Shown: positions 10,144 to 20,170 of the stretch, one piece after another | Layout of the letters: every line of letters starts with the position of its first letter | Position numbering within the stretch: position 1 is the first letter of the stretch | Sequence record: OL539444.1 | Length of the DNA: 49,765 nt | From: Escherichia phage_vB_EcoD_Punny | Reading direction: 5' to 3' (one strand) | The notes under the pieces: generated by a model | Databases searched by the model: none | Told to the model about the DNA's origin: nothing | Seen by the model: the letters and a program-made list of their open reading frames with translations, nothing else | Program-made: the position numbers and the translations under genes

Positions 10144-10464
10144 ATGACAATGGCTAAAATGAAATTGACTCTTGCCCCGCTTCCAGATTTCAAACTTCCA
10201 GTTAAATTTGTATTGCCGGATGGTAACGAGCAAAAAATTGTGTTTACCGTTAAGCATAAAAAGGCCAGCGAGATTCAAGAGCTTTACCAGAAAGAAGGTA
10301 TTAAAGATCCTGAATTCATCATGAATGTTGCCGTGGGTTGGGATCTGGAGGAAGAATTCAACGAAGAAAACGCGCAACTGTTAGTTGATTATTATCCTGG
10401 CGCGGCGCTGGCTCTTATGGGATCTTATTTAAGTGCGCTGGCAGGGCAACGCGTAAAAAACTAA
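10144..10464 (+). CDS. tail assembly chaperone (G-like)
   Basis: 106 aa ORF upstream of the tape measure gene; ends just after slippery heptamer A_AAA_AAC (10455-10461). Confidence 0.7.
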   Translation: MTMAKMKLTLAPLPDFKLPVKFVLPDGNEQKIVFTVKHKKASEIQELYQKEGIKDPEFIMNVAVGWDLEEEFNEENAQLLVDYYPGAALALMGSYLSALAGQRVKN

Positions 10465-10781
10465 AACGGGCGGTTTATCTGTATTATCAGAAACCGCCGA
10501 CAGATGCAGAATTGCAAGCCGTAGGATTAACCCGCGCAGACTATGAAGGAGAAGATCCGCCAGAGGTCATATTTGATGAAAGTATGATGCAATCATGGGA
10601 TATATTTTGCGCGATGGGTACACAGTGGCGTAGTGCTGGCGCTGGTGCTTACGGTTTTGATTATAATGTTTTGCCTATGTTATTCAGAATCTATAAAATA
10701 GACGATGAAGAAATGGCCTTAAATGACTTGCGCATCATGGAACAAAAAGCACTGGAAATGATGCAAGCAAATAACAAATAA
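10144..10781 (+). CDS. tail assembly chaperone GT-like fusion via -1 programmed frameshift
   Basis: The -1 frame from heptamer 10455-10461 is open into ORF 10512-10781; hairpin GGCGGTTT...AAACCGCC begins 6 nt downstream of the heptamer. Confidence 0.6.
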
Positions 10782-10804
10782 AGCGCCTACGGGCGCTTTT
10801 TTTA
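10782..10804 (+). terminator. rho-independent terminator / attenuator before tape measure gene
   Basis: Stem AGCGCC/GGCGCT, loop TACG, then TTTTTTT. Confidence 0.65.
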
Positions 10805-10818
10805 TGAGGGTAAAATAT

Positions 10819-13728
10819 ATGGCTGAACAATTTGCAGGTTTAACACTTGGCGTGAACGTCGAGCAGTTAAACAAAGCTGTTAAGTCGTTACAGGACTTTA
10901 AAAAAGCCAACGACGAAGCAAAGAAAGGCGTTGAGAGCTTTGTTAACGAGGAAGAAGTTGCAAAGCAAAAGGCTAAACAGTTAGCCGATGAATTAGCGAA
11001 ACAGAGCCGTGAATTTAAGAGAATTCAGGATACAGTTGATCCGACAGCGGCAAAAATGCGCAAGCTGTCACAGGCAGCAAGTGATCTTGATAAGCTATGG
11101 CAAAAAGGGATTGTACCTGATGAAACATTCTTCCAATTAGGGAGCATGTTGGAAACTCAGATCAGTAAATTGGAGCGCAACAAAAAGGCGCTTACGGAAG
11201 AAGGCCGCGCAGCGTTGGAAGAATCACGCGCCAAAGAGAAAGCAGCGGCAGCAGGAAAGAGCTTCCTTGCGGATCTAGAATCACAAGCGGCGGCTCTTGG
11301 AAAAACCAAATCTGAATTACTGGAAATGAAAGCCGCGCAACTTGGCGTAAGTGCTCAGGCCGCGCCATTCATTGCACAGCTTAAAGCGCAAGAGCGCCAG
11401 ATGAAATTAACCGGAATTAGCGCAGGGCAATATAACCAGGCAATGCGAATGCTTCCGGCTCAGATCACTGACGTTGTAACGTCGCTGGCTTCCGGTATGC
11501 CTGTTTGGTTGGTTGCAATCCAGCAGGGTGGACAGATTAAAGATTCTTTCGGCGGTGTTGGTAATACGTTTAAAGTGCTGTTGTCGTTTCTGAATCCGGT
11601 AAACGTTGGCCTTGCCGCATTAGCCGTTTCAATGGGTGCTCTTGTTAAGGCTGGTTATGATGCGTATAAGTCGCAACGTGACTTGCAAGAGGCGTTAGTG
11701 CTGACTGGTGGATATGCTGGCACAAACGGCGCACAGTTTGACAAGATGGCGCAGGATATTAATAACAGCACTGATGCGACCATTGGCAGCATTCGCGGCA
11801 TTGCAACAGAGCTTGCAAAATCTGGAAAATACACCATTGATCAGATTAAAGCCATTACGAAAACTACCGCTCAGTGGTCAACGGTAACGGGTGAATCAAG
11901 CGATAAGATTACTGGTTACTTTGATAAGATTGCTGGCGATCCGGTTAAAGGTCTTGCAGAGCTAAACGAGCAATTCAACTTTTTAAGCGAAGGGCAGTTA
12001 ACTTATATTGCAGACCTTGAGAAAACGAAAGGAAAAACGGAAGCAGTGACGGCGGCGACAAAGTTATTTGCTGATGTTATGGATCAGAGATTAGCTAAAC
12101 TGGCAGACTCCGCAACTCCATTAGAAAAGATGTGGACGAACATTAAAAAATGGGCGTCAGATGCTTGGGGATGGGTTGGAGATCATACGCTGGCGGCTCT
12201 TAACCTGATTATCGACGTTGTAGCCGGAACGGTTGAGCAGGTTAGATACTTGCTTAATCAGGGTGATATTCTCATTGGTGAATTTATTGTGTCGGCAACT
12301 AAGACGATGCAAAAAATCCCAGGTCTTGATAATGTTGGCGATTCTGTAATTTCGCAACAACAGAAGATCATTAATAACGCCAAAGAGAACAACAAGGAGT
12401 TATTAAAATCAATTGCCGAACGTAACGAGCGAGTCAAAAAAGGCGAGCAGGGTTACATTGACATGATGAAAAATCGTGCGGCGGTTGAACAGCAATATGC
12501 TACTAAAACAAAGGAGAATATCAGGAAGGAAGCCGAGGAATTAGCCAAACGCGATAAAAAGCAAAAGGCTGAAAAAGTTAAGGTATCGGCTGGCGATAAG
12601 CTGGAAGAACAATATCAGCGTGATATCCTGGCGTTAGAAACTCAATTAAGAGTTTTGAAAGAGCATAAGACGATCACTGATACCATAAGCCAGCAACGTA
12701 AATCTTTATGGGCTGAACAGGCTAAAATTCAGATTCTGCAAGAAGCCTCAACAAAGCGGCAACTTACTGATGAAGAAAAAAGCATTTTAGCCAACAAAGA
12801 TAAGATCCTAGCGATGGCTGAACAAAAAGCTATTTTAGGAGATCAGATTGTTGCACAAACGCGCCTTAATCAGTTGCAAGATAGCTCAATCAAGTTTATC
12901 CAGCAGCAGAAAGCAGCAACAGAAGCACTAGCCAAAACCAGAGGGTTAAGTGAACGTGAAGCAGCAAGAGCGGCGGAACGTGCAAAGGTTGAGGCTGATT
13001 ATCTTGCCAAAGGAGGCAAGGAAGGAGATCCGCAACTCACCGCAATGATGGATGCATTAGACAATCGCTATAAAGAGGAAGATGCTAAACGTGCTGATTG
13101 GTTGGCTGGCGCTAAAAATGCCTTTGCGGAGTACGGCGAGGAAGCAATGAACATGTATGATAATATCGGCAACATTGCTAGCCAGGCGCTAAACGGCCTA
13201 TCGCAACAAATGGCTGATTTTTTGACTACTGGACAAGCAAACTTCAAAGACTTTGCAAAATCGATCATTAGCCTTATTGTTCAGATGATCACAAAGATGG
13301 TTATCTTCAATAGCATTTCCGGCATGATGGGCGGCTCAACCTGGACGCTTGGAAGCCTTTTAAGCGGTGCTGGTTTTGCTGGCGGCGGTTATACTGGCGA
13401 CGGTGGCAAATATGATCCGGCTGGCGTTGTTCATAAGGGTGAGTTTGTTTTCACCAAAGAGGCAACGCAAAGAATCGGAGCTAAAAACCTGTATCGCATG
13501 ATGCGAGGTTATGCAAACGGCGGTCAAGTAGGAAGCGTGACAACTGGCGGCGCTGGCATCAATCGCGGTGCATCGCAATTTGCATTTGGTGATATCAACG
13601 TTAACATTGACAACGGTCAAGATCCAAAAGGGATGGAAACTGGTATCAAGATGATTTTCACTGAAATGATTCAACGGTCATGCTCGCAAGGTGGCGAGGT
13701 TTATAATTTTGTTCATGGGAGGGCTTAA
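10819..13728 (+). CDS. tail tape measure protein
   Basis: About 970 aa, long coiled-coil N-terminal region, Gly-rich hydrophobic segments near the C-terminus; follows G/GT. ATG 10819 preferred. Confidence 0.85.
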   Translation: MAEQFAGLTLGVNVEQLNKAVKSLQDFKKANDEAKKGVESFVNEEEVAKQKAKQLADELAKQSREFKRIQDTVDPTAAKMRKLSQAASDLDKLWQKGIVPDETFFQLGSMLETQISKLERNKKALTEEGRAALEESRAKEKAAAAGKSFLADLESQAAALGKTKSELLEMKAAQLGVSAQAAPFIAQLKAQERQMKLTGISAGQYNQAMRMLPAQITDVVTSLASGMPVWLVAIQQGGQIKDSFGGVGNTFKVLLSFLNPVNVGLAALAVSMGALVKAGYDAYKSQRDLQEALVLTGGYAGTNGAQFDKMAQDINNSTDATIGSIRGIATELAKSGKYTIDQIKAITKTTAQWSTVTGESSDKITGYFDKIAGDPVKGLAELNEQFNFLSEGQLTYIADLEKTKGKTEAVTAATKLFADVMDQRLAKLADSATPLEKMWTNIKKWASDAWGWVGDHTLAALNLIIDVVAGTVEQVRYLLNQGDILIGEFIVSATKTMQKIPGLDNVGDSVISQQQKIINNAKENNKELLKSIAERNERVKKGEQGYIDMMKNRAAVEQQYATKTKENIRKEAEELAKRDKKQKAEKVKVSAGDKLEEQYQRDILALETQLRVLKEHKTITDTISQQRKSLWAEQAKIQILQEASTKRQLTDEEKSILANKDKILAMAEQKAILGDQIVAQTRLNQLQDSSIKFIQQQKAATEALAKTRGLSEREAARAAERAKVEADYLAKGGKEGDPQLTAMMDALDNRYKEEDAKRADWLAGAKNAFAEYGEEAMNMYDNIGNIASQALNGLSQQMADFLTTGQANFKDFAKSIISLIVQMITKMVIFNSISGMMGGSTWTLGSLLSGAGFAGGGYTGDGGKYDPAGVVHKGEFVFTKEATQRIGAKNLYRMMRGYANGGQVGSVTTGGAGINRGASQFAFGDINVNIDNGQDPKGMETGIKMIFTEMIQRSCSQGGEVYNFVHGRA

Positions 13729-14075
13729 TGTTAGATGAATTTACCTGGTGTACGCAGATTCAGAGCGGCGGCGGTGTAATGACAACCACCAATAACGACA
13801 GGGAAGTTGTTTTTGGTAACGGCTATCGCCAAAAGGCATCTTCTGGATTTAACACGGAAAGGAGGGAGTTTTCTATTGTATATGTTGGCAATGATTATAA
13901 GGCTGTTAAAGCATTTATGACGGATCACAGGTTAAAGCCTTTCTTGTGGAAAACTCCAGACGGTAGTTTTGGGTTGTTTACCGTAAAAGCCGGAACGGTT
14001 GGACTAACGCCAATTAGCCGAACCGCTCAGGAAGTCAAAGCAACTTTTACGGAAGAATTTACATCAATGCGATAA
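13728..14075 (+). CDS. minor tail protein (lambda M-like)
   Basis: 115 aa ORF coupled to the tape measure stop; first gene of an M-L-K-I-J-like order. Confidence 0.5.
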   Translation: MLDEFTWCTQIQSGGGVMTTTNNDREVVFGNGYRQKASSGFNTERREFSIVYVGNDYKAVKAFMTDHRLKPFLWKTPDGSFGLFTVKAGTVGLTPISRTAQEVKATFTEEFTSMR

Positions 14076-14080
14076 ATCAA

Positions 14081-14103
14081 AGCCGCCTTGTGCGGCTTTT
14101 TTA
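14081..14103 (+). terminator. rho-independent terminator
   Basis: Stem AGCCGC/GCGGCT, loop CTTGT, then TTTTTT. Confidence 0.65.
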
Positions 14104-14116
14104 TTGTGTCTATAAT
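14088..14116 (+). promoter_or_regulatory. sigma70-like promoter with -35 inside terminator loop
   Basis: TTGTGC, 17-bp spacer, TATAAT; drives 14142. Confidence 0.45.
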
Positions 14117-14141
14117 GGTGCTTTATTGGAGGGCATAGAAT

Positions 14142-14900
14142 ATGGCTGAAAAACAGATCAAAAAGACTTTTGAAAATTGTCTGCAATCGCTTTTTCCTGG
14201 TGAGATTATTACTCTTATCGAAGTTGACGGCACGAAATTTGGTGCTCAGGTTTACCGATTTCACGCTGAAAATATCGCATACACGCCAGAGGAATTAATG
14301 CAAGCGCGTGAAACTGGAATATTGCCTCCGAAAGATATTAAGTTTCGCGGTGAAATTTACGGGGCGCGTCCTTTTGGCATCACAGGGATCGGATTTACCA
14401 GTAACGGGAAAGCAGAAAAACCACAATTAGCGCTTTCTAATTTAGATAGCCGTGTATCTGCTTTAATCAGATCCTATAATGGCATGATGCAAGCAAAGGT
14501 TACAATATGGGTTACATCGGCTGATTTAATTGATGATGAAGGTAATGTGGAGGACGGCGCATATAGAAAGTTGGTTTATTATATTGAGCGTCCGAATTTT
14601 GTTAATCAGACAGTTGCACGTTTCGAATTAACATCCCCTTATGATATGGATGGAATTATGATCCCGCCGCGACTCACTCAAAGCGTTTGTTATTGGGCGC
14701 AACGCGGATGGTATAGAAGCGGTAAAGGTTGCGGATATAACGGATCAGCAATGTTTGATAAAGACAATAATCCGGTAACAGATCCGAGTAAGGATTATTG
14801 CGCCGGAACGGTAACAGCTTGCAAATTGCGCTTTGGTGAACAAAATGAATTAGACTTTGGCGGTTGTGCTGTTGCTTCACTGTTGAGGAAAAACCAATGA
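14142..14900 (+). CDS. minor tail protein (lambda L-like)
   Basis: 252 aa ORF with Cys-rich C-terminus, in the L position. Confidence 0.5.
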   Translation: MAEKQIKKTFENCLQSLFPGEIITLIEVDGTKFGAQVYRFHAENIAYTPEELMQARETGILPPKDIKFRGEIYGARPFGITGIGFTSNGKAEKPQLALSNLDSRVSALIRSYNGMMQAKVTIWVTSADLIDDEGNVEDGAYRKLVYYIERPNFVNQTVARFELTSPYDMDGIMIPPRLTQSVCYWAQRGWYRSGKGCGYNGSAMFDKDNNPVTDPSKDYCAGTVTACKLRFGEQNELDFGGCAVASLLRKNQ

Positions 14901-15619
14901 TTAATGCAAAAATTAAACTTGAAATTATGCGACACGCTAATGATGTTTATCCTAATGAATGTTGCGGCCTGGTAACTCAAAAGTCGCGCGTTCAGAAATA
15001 TCACCGGATTGATAACGTTAGCAGTGAGCCGGAAAAGCATTTTGAAATGGACGCGATCCAATATGCAGATGTTGAGGATAGCGGCGCGGATATTATCGCC
15101 ATAGTTCACAGCCACACAGGGGAAGGGGCAACCACAATCCCTAGCGCACACGATTTATGCATGTGCGATGAAACTGGTGTTTCATGGATTATCGTGTCTA
15201 TTCCAGAGGGTGACATGCGAATTATAGAGCCTGAATCACGGCCTTTGATTGGTCGCCCATGGTCGCTTGGCGCTTATGATTGTTGGGGGCTGATTATGGC
15301 CTGGCATAAAGAGCAAGGCGTGATCCTGAATGATTTCCGAAAGCCGTATGAATGGTGGAAGCCGGAACATGGTGAAAACCTTTATCAAGATAATTACTTG
15401 AAAGAAGGTTTTATAGAAACAGGAGAGCCACCAAAGCCAGGTGATATGATCATAATGCAGTTGCAAGCGCCAGTATGGAACCACGCAGGAATTTATTTAG
15501 GCAACAATCAACTATTGCATCATGCATTCGGCAAGTTGTCGCGAGTTGATTTATATTCTGGATGGTATCAGGAACACACAACAATGATTTGCAGACATAA
15601 GGATCTGAAAAATGAATAA
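14897..15619 (+). CDS. tail assembly protein (lambda K-like; MPN/JAB + NlpC/P60)
   Basis: HSHTGEG...HDLCMCD JAMM-like motif and a downstream Cys...His (NHAGIYLG) NlpC/P60-like region. ATG overlaps upstream stop. Confidence 0.7.
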   Translation: MINAKIKLEIMRHANDVYPNECCGLVTQKSRVQKYHRIDNVSSEPEKHFEMDAIQYADVEDSGADIIAIVHSHTGEGATTIPSAHDLCMCDETGVSWIIVSIPEGDMRIIEPESRPLIGRPWSLGAYDCWGLIMAWHKEQGVILNDFRKPYEWWKPEHGENLYQDNYLKEGFIETGEPPKPGDMIIMQLQAPVWNHAGIYLGNNQLLHHAFGKLSRVDLYSGWYQEHTTMICRHKDLKNE

Positions 15620-16211
15620 GGTTATAAACGTAAAATTATCAGGCTCATTAGGTCGCCGCTTTGGTGTTTTTCATAAATACGCCGTTGAGAGTTGGCCTGA
15701 ATGCGTAAGGGCATTATCAAGCCAGGTTGAAGGATTCAAAGAATTTATGCAAAGTGAAATCGGATCAAAGATGAAATTTGCAATTTTCGTTGATGGTAAA
15801 AATGTTGGCTTGAATAATGATAGCGCATGGCGTTGCGCTCGCGAGGTTCGAATTGTTCCGGTTCCAACAGGTTCAAAATCTGGTGGTTTATTTCAGGTTG
15901 TTTTGGGTGCTGTTATTATGGTCACTGCGTTTTTCACTGGTGGTGCATCGCTGGCGGCTATGGGTGCTTTTTCATCGGCTGCATTTATGATGGGTGGCGC
16001 AATGGCTCTTGGCGGAGTAATGCAGATGATTAGCCCACAACAAGGAGGAATGAGAATGGAGAGCCAGAGCGCAGCAAATAAACCATCATATGCGTTTGGT
16101 GGTGCTGTTAATACTACGGCGGCAGGTTATCCGGTATGTTTGCCATATGGTTATAGAACGGTTGGAGGCGCTGTATTCAGTGCTGGCTCATACGCAGAAG
16201 ATAAACTTTAA
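15612..16211 (+). CDS. tail assembly protein (lambda I-like)
   Basis: 199 aa with Gly/Ala-rich hydrophobic C-terminal half; in the I position. Confidence 0.5.
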   Translation: MNKVINVKLSGSLGRRFGVFHKYAVESWPECVRALSSQVEGFKEFMQSEIGSKMKFAIFVDGKNVGLNNDSAWRCAREVRIVPVPTGSKSGGLFQVVLGAVIMVTAFFTGGASLAAMGAFSSAAFMMGGAMALGGVMQMISPQQGGMRMESQSAANKPSYAFGGAVNTTAAGYPVCLPYGYRTVGGAVFSAGSYAEDKL

Positions 16212-16218
16212 TTATGTA

Positions 16219-16242
16219 AACCCGCCGTTGCGCGGGTTTTTT
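16219..16242 (+). terminator. rho-independent terminator
   Basis: Stem AACCCGC/GCGGGTT then TTTTTT; nearly identical to 17-40. Confidence 0.6.
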
Positions 16243-16256
16243 GTTACATGTACAAT
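16228..16256 (+). promoter_or_regulatory. sigma70-like promoter with -35 inside terminator loop
   Basis: TTGCGC, 17-bp spacer, TACAAT; drives 16293. Confidence 0.4.
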
Positions 16257-16292
16257 GGCAGCACGTTTAAATAGCACAAAAGGTTAAAAGCT

Positions 16293-19200
16293 ATGATCAA
16301 AAATATGATAACTGGCAGTAAGGGCGGTTCTTCAAAGCCTCATACACCTGTTGAAATGGAAGATAACCTAATTTCAATTAACAGGATCAGAATTCTTTTA
16401 GCCGTTTCTGATGGTGAAGTTGATCCAGACTTTTCATTGAAAGATTTATATTTTGATGACGTTCCGGTTATGAATCAGGATGGTTCACTAAACTTTCAGA
16501 ATGTTAAAGCAGAATTCAGACCAGGGACGCAAACGCAGGATTATATTCAGGGGTTCACTGATACAGCCAGCGAAATTACTGTTGCTCGCGATCTGACGGC
16601 TGCAACTCCTTATATTATTTCCGTGACTAATAAAAACCTTTCCGCGATCCGTATTAAAATTTTAATGCCGCGAGGGTTTACGCAGGAGGATAACGGAGAT
16701 TTAACAGGCGTTCGCGTTGAATATGCTGTTGATATGGCTGTTGATGGTGCTGAATATAAAGAGGTTTTGTATGATGTAATTGAAGGTAAAACAATGAGCG
16801 GTTACGACAGAAGCCGCCGAATTGATTTACCTGATTTCAATGAGCGTGTTTTATTGCGCGTCCGTCGCCTGACAGATAGCACGTCAGCAAGGGTAACGGA
16901 TCTGATTAAAATGCAAAGCTATGCTGAAGTTGTAGACGCTAAATTTCGTTACCCACTGACTGGTTTAGTATATGTTGAGTTTGACAGCGAATTATTCCCT
17001 AATGCGTTGCCGAATATCAGCATTAAGAAAAAATGGAAAATCATTAATGTTCCGTCAAATTATGATCCTATTTCACGCACTTACTCAGGGTCATGGGATG
17101 GAACCTGGAAAAAGGCATGGAGTAATAACCCTGCTTTTGTTCTGTATGATTTGATTACCAATCAGCGTTACGGACTCGATCAAAGAGAATTAGGAATCGC
17201 GCTTGATAAATGGAGCATTTACGAATGTGCGCAGTATTGCGATCAGATGGTTCCAGACGGTAAAGGCGGAACAGAGCCGCGCTATCTTTGCGACGTTGTG
17301 ATCCAGAGCCAGGTAGAAGCGTATCAGCTTGTGCGTGATATTTGTTCAATCTTTCGAGGAATGAGTTTTTGGAACGGTGAGAGCCTTTCAATTGTGATCG
17401 ATAAGCCGCGCGATGCGTCATACATCTTTACTAATGACAACGTGGTTAATGGTGAGTTTACTTACACGTTTGCCAGCGAGAAAAGCATGTACACGCAATG
17501 TAACGTGACTTTCGACGACGAACAAAACATGTATCAACAGGACGTTGAAGGGGTTTTTGAAACAGAGGCGGCATTACGCTTTGGATATAACAGCACGTCA
17601 ATAACTGCTATCGGTTGCACACGACGCAGCGAGGCTAATCGCCGTGGGCGCTGGATTCTGAAAACCAACGTCAAGAGCACAACAGTAAACTTTGCTACTG
17701 GCCTGGAAGGTATGATCCCAACGGTAGGCGATGTAATTGTTGTTTCGGATAACTTCTGGTCAAGCGCTTTGACGCTGAATCTATCAGGTCGATTGATGGA
17801 GGTTAACGGGTTGCAGGTGTTCACGCCGTTTAAGGTTGACGCAAGAGCGGGTGATCGCATTCTGGTAAATAAGCCTGATGGTAAGCCAGTTGGTCGAACC
17901 ATTGCGCGTGTGAGCGATGACGGCAAAACGCTAACGCTAAACACAACGTTTGGCTTTGACGTTCAGCCTGACACCATTTTTGCAATCGAGCGAACCGATA
18001 TTGCACAGCAACGATATGTTGTAACTGGAATCACTAAGGGTGACGGTGATGAAGAATTTACCTACAACATAACGGCTGTTGAATACGATCCGAACAAATA
18101 CGATGAAATTGATTATGGCGTAAACATTGATGACCGTCCGACTTCAATCGTGCAGCCTGACATTTTGCCAGCACCGCAAAACGTCAAGATCGAATCTTAT
18201 TCGCGAGTTGTCCAGGGCGCGAGCGTGGAAACAATGCATGTTTCATGGGATAAGGTTGAATATGCAAGCCTTTATGAAATGCAGTGGAGAAAAGACAATG
18301 GCAACTGGAACAACACGCCGCGCACAGCCAACAAGGAAACGGAAGTTGAAGGAATTTATGCTGGTAACTATCACGTAAGGGTTAGATCTGTTGCAGCGAA
18401 TGGTTCAGCGTCTGGATGGTCTGCAATCGTAAGCGCAGGATTAACCGGAAAAGTTGGAGAGCCGGAAAAGCCAATTAACCTTACTGCGTCTGACAATGAA
18501 GTTTTCGGAATTCGCGTAAAATGGGGTATGCCAGAAGGAAGCGGAGACACGGCCTATATAGAGTTGCATCAAGCGCCAAACGGTGCTGATGGTCATCCTA
18601 TAGTTGACGAAGCAACGCTATTAACGCTTGTTCCGTTCCCGCAATATGAGTATTGGCATTCAATACTGCCAGCGGGTCATGTTGTCTGGTACAAGGCAAG
18701 GGCAGTTGACAAAATCGGTAACGTTTCTGATTGGACTGATTTTGTGCGCGGCATGGCTTCCGACGATACGAGCATTATCACGGATCATATTAAGGTCGAT
18801 ATTGAAAATTCTGATGGCTATAAGTGGTTGCAGGAAAACGCAATAAAGGCCAATGATAAGATCCACAGCACAGCGGAATCAGTGATTGAAAACGCATTAG
18901 CTAATGATAAAGATGTTCGACGTATGCGAGTTGAAAACGGAAAGCGTAAAGCGGAGTTCTTGCAATCGCTGAAACTCATTGCAGACGAAACAGAAGCTAG
19001 GGTAACGCAGGTCACTCAAATGAGTGCGCAATTTGACGAGAAATTAACGGCTCAAAATAGCGAATTGAGAGAGGTAATTGCTAACAGCACTGAAACCATT
19101 AGCCAAAGGATTGATCAGCTTACAGCTACGTTTGAGAGCGAAATTGATGGTGTTAAGCAGGATATCAAAGCACAGATAACTGATGTTAACCAGGCAATCA

Positions 19201-20069
19201 CCAATGAAGCGGAAGCGCGAGCGTCAGCGGATAGGGCGTTATCAACTCAAATTGGTGATACCCAATCAGCGGTTAACCAGAAACTTGATTCATGGGTTAA
19301 CGGAACAAGCGTTGGTGCGATGTACGGCGTTAAGTTGGGGATCAGGTATAACGGGCAGGAATATAGCGCAGGTATGGCGCTTTCTCTTGTCGCTGATGGT
19401 AGCGGAGTTAAATCACAATTCCTGTTTGATGCTGGACGATTTGCGATCATCAATAATGCTCAAAGCGGAGGTTTTACACTACCGTTTGTTGTTGAGAATA
19501 ATCAGGTGTTTATCAACAGCTTACTTGTGAAAAATGGCTCTATTGGTAACGCTCAGATTGCGGATCAGATTAACTCTAACAACTGGAGCAGCGGCGCGGC
19601 TGGATGGATGATTAATAAGAATGGTTATGCTGAATTTAACCAGATAACGGTAAGGGGTACAGTGTACGCAAACGCCGGATCATTCACTGGTAACGTTTAC
19701 GCTACTGATGGTTGGTTTAGGGGTACTGTTTACGCTGAAAAAATCGAGGGCGACGTTGCAAAGGCTGTTGTGCTTGGGTTTAACGGATCGGTTCACATTC
19801 CGGCAGTAAACTACAACAGACACCTTGTGATCCCTTATGTTGGTATTCACGGGTACACATATTCAGGTGGTACATGGGGCGGCGGTACTGTTTGGGTTAA
19901 TTCAACATATGGCGGTCGCCTTGCTAACGTTCAGGCAACTGCAATGCATGGCGGATCAAGTGGTTATGTTCTGTTGCCAGCGGGTAACGCAACTACGCTT
20001 TCATATGGTGGAAATCTAAACCACGCAAACGCAGTACCGATCTTAACAGTTCTGCTATTCAAAGCATAA
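16293..20069 (+). CDS. host specificity / tip attachment protein (lambda J-like)
   Basis: 1258 aa ORF in the J position, with fibronectin-III-like segments in the middle and a Gly-rich C-terminal domain. Confidence 0.85.
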   Translation: MIKNMITGSKGGSSKPHTPVEMEDNLISINRIRILLAVSDGEVDPDFSLKDLYFDDVPVMNQDGSLNFQNVKAEFRPGTQTQDYIQGFTDTASEITVARDLTAATPYIISVTNKNLSAIRIKILMPRGFTQEDNGDLTGVRVEYAVDMAVDGAEYKEVLYDVIEGKTMSGYDRSRRIDLPDFNERVLLRVRRLTDSTSARVTDLIKMQSYAEVVDAKFRYPLTGLVYVEFDSELFPNALPNISIKKKWKIINVPSNYDPISRTYSGSWDGTWKKAWSNNPAFVLYDLITNQRYGLDQRELGIALDKWSIYECAQYCDQMVPDGKGGTEPRYLCDVVIQSQVEAYQLVRDICSIFRGMSFWNGESLSIVIDKPRDASYIFTNDNVVNGEFTYTFASEKSMYTQCNVTFDDEQNMYQQDVEGVFETEAALRFGYNSTSITAIGCTRRSEANRRGRWILKTNVKSTTVNFATGLEGMIPTVGDVIVVSDNFWSSALTLNLSGRLMEVNGLQVFTPFKVDARAGDRILVNKPDGKPVGRTIARVSDDGKTLTLNTTFGFDVQPDTIFAIERTDIAQQRYVVTGITKGDGDEEFTYNITAVEYDPNKYDEIDYGVNIDDRPTSIVQPDILPAPQNVKIESYSRVVQGASVETMHVSWDKVEYASLYEMQWRKDNGNWNNTPRTANKETEVEGIYAGNYHVRVRSVAANGSASGWSAIVSAGLTGKVGEPEKPINLTASDNEVFGIRVKWGMPEGSGDTAYIELHQAPNGADGHPIVDEATLLTLVPFPQYEYWHSILPAGHVVWYKARAVDKIGNVSDWTDFVRGMASDDTSIITDHIKVDIENSDGYKWLQENAIKANDKIHSTAESVIENALANDKDVRRMRVENGKRKAEFLQSLKLIADETEARVTQVTQMSAQFDEKLTAQNSELREVIANSTETISQRIDQLTATFESEIDGVKQDIKAQITDVNQAITNEAEARASADRALSTQIGDTQSAVNQKLDSWVNGTSVGAMYGVKLGIRYNGQEYSAGMALSLVADGSGVKSQFLFDAGRFAIINNAQSGGFTLPFVVENNQVFINSLLVKNGSIGNAQIADQINSNNWSSGAAGWMINKNGYAEFNQITVRGTVYANAGSFTGNVYATDGWFRGTVYAEKIEGDVAKAVVLGFNGSVHIPAVNYNRHLVIPYVGIHGYTYSGGTWGGGTVWVNSTYGGRLANVQATAMHGGSSGYVLLPAGNATTLSYGGNLNHANAVPILTVLLFKA

Positions 20070-20082
20070 AAGGAGGTAAATC

Positions 20083-20117
20083 AATGCCCTGGCTTAACGG
20101 TCGGGGCATTTTGTTTT
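20083..20117 (+). terminator. terminator-like hairpin after J gene
   Basis: AATGCCC/GGGCATT stem with a long loop, then T-rich run. Confidence 0.4.
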
Positions 20118-20170
20118 CTTTTGTTCTACGGTGTTCACAACTTAATCCGGCGTAAAATAATAAACGTTTG

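Noticed and set aside
17534-17944. Minus-strand 136 aa ORF inside the J-like gene; likewise 11655-11837, 12157-12360, 13068-13268 and 13360-13674 inside the tape measure gene
   Set aside because: Antisense ORFs within long conserved structural genes; typical six-frame noise.
20084-20155. 23-codon ORF (MPWLNGRG...) with a strong AAGGAGG ribosome-binding site after the J gene
   Set aside because: It coincides with the terminator hairpin after J; too short and structure-overlapping to call, though not strictly excluded.
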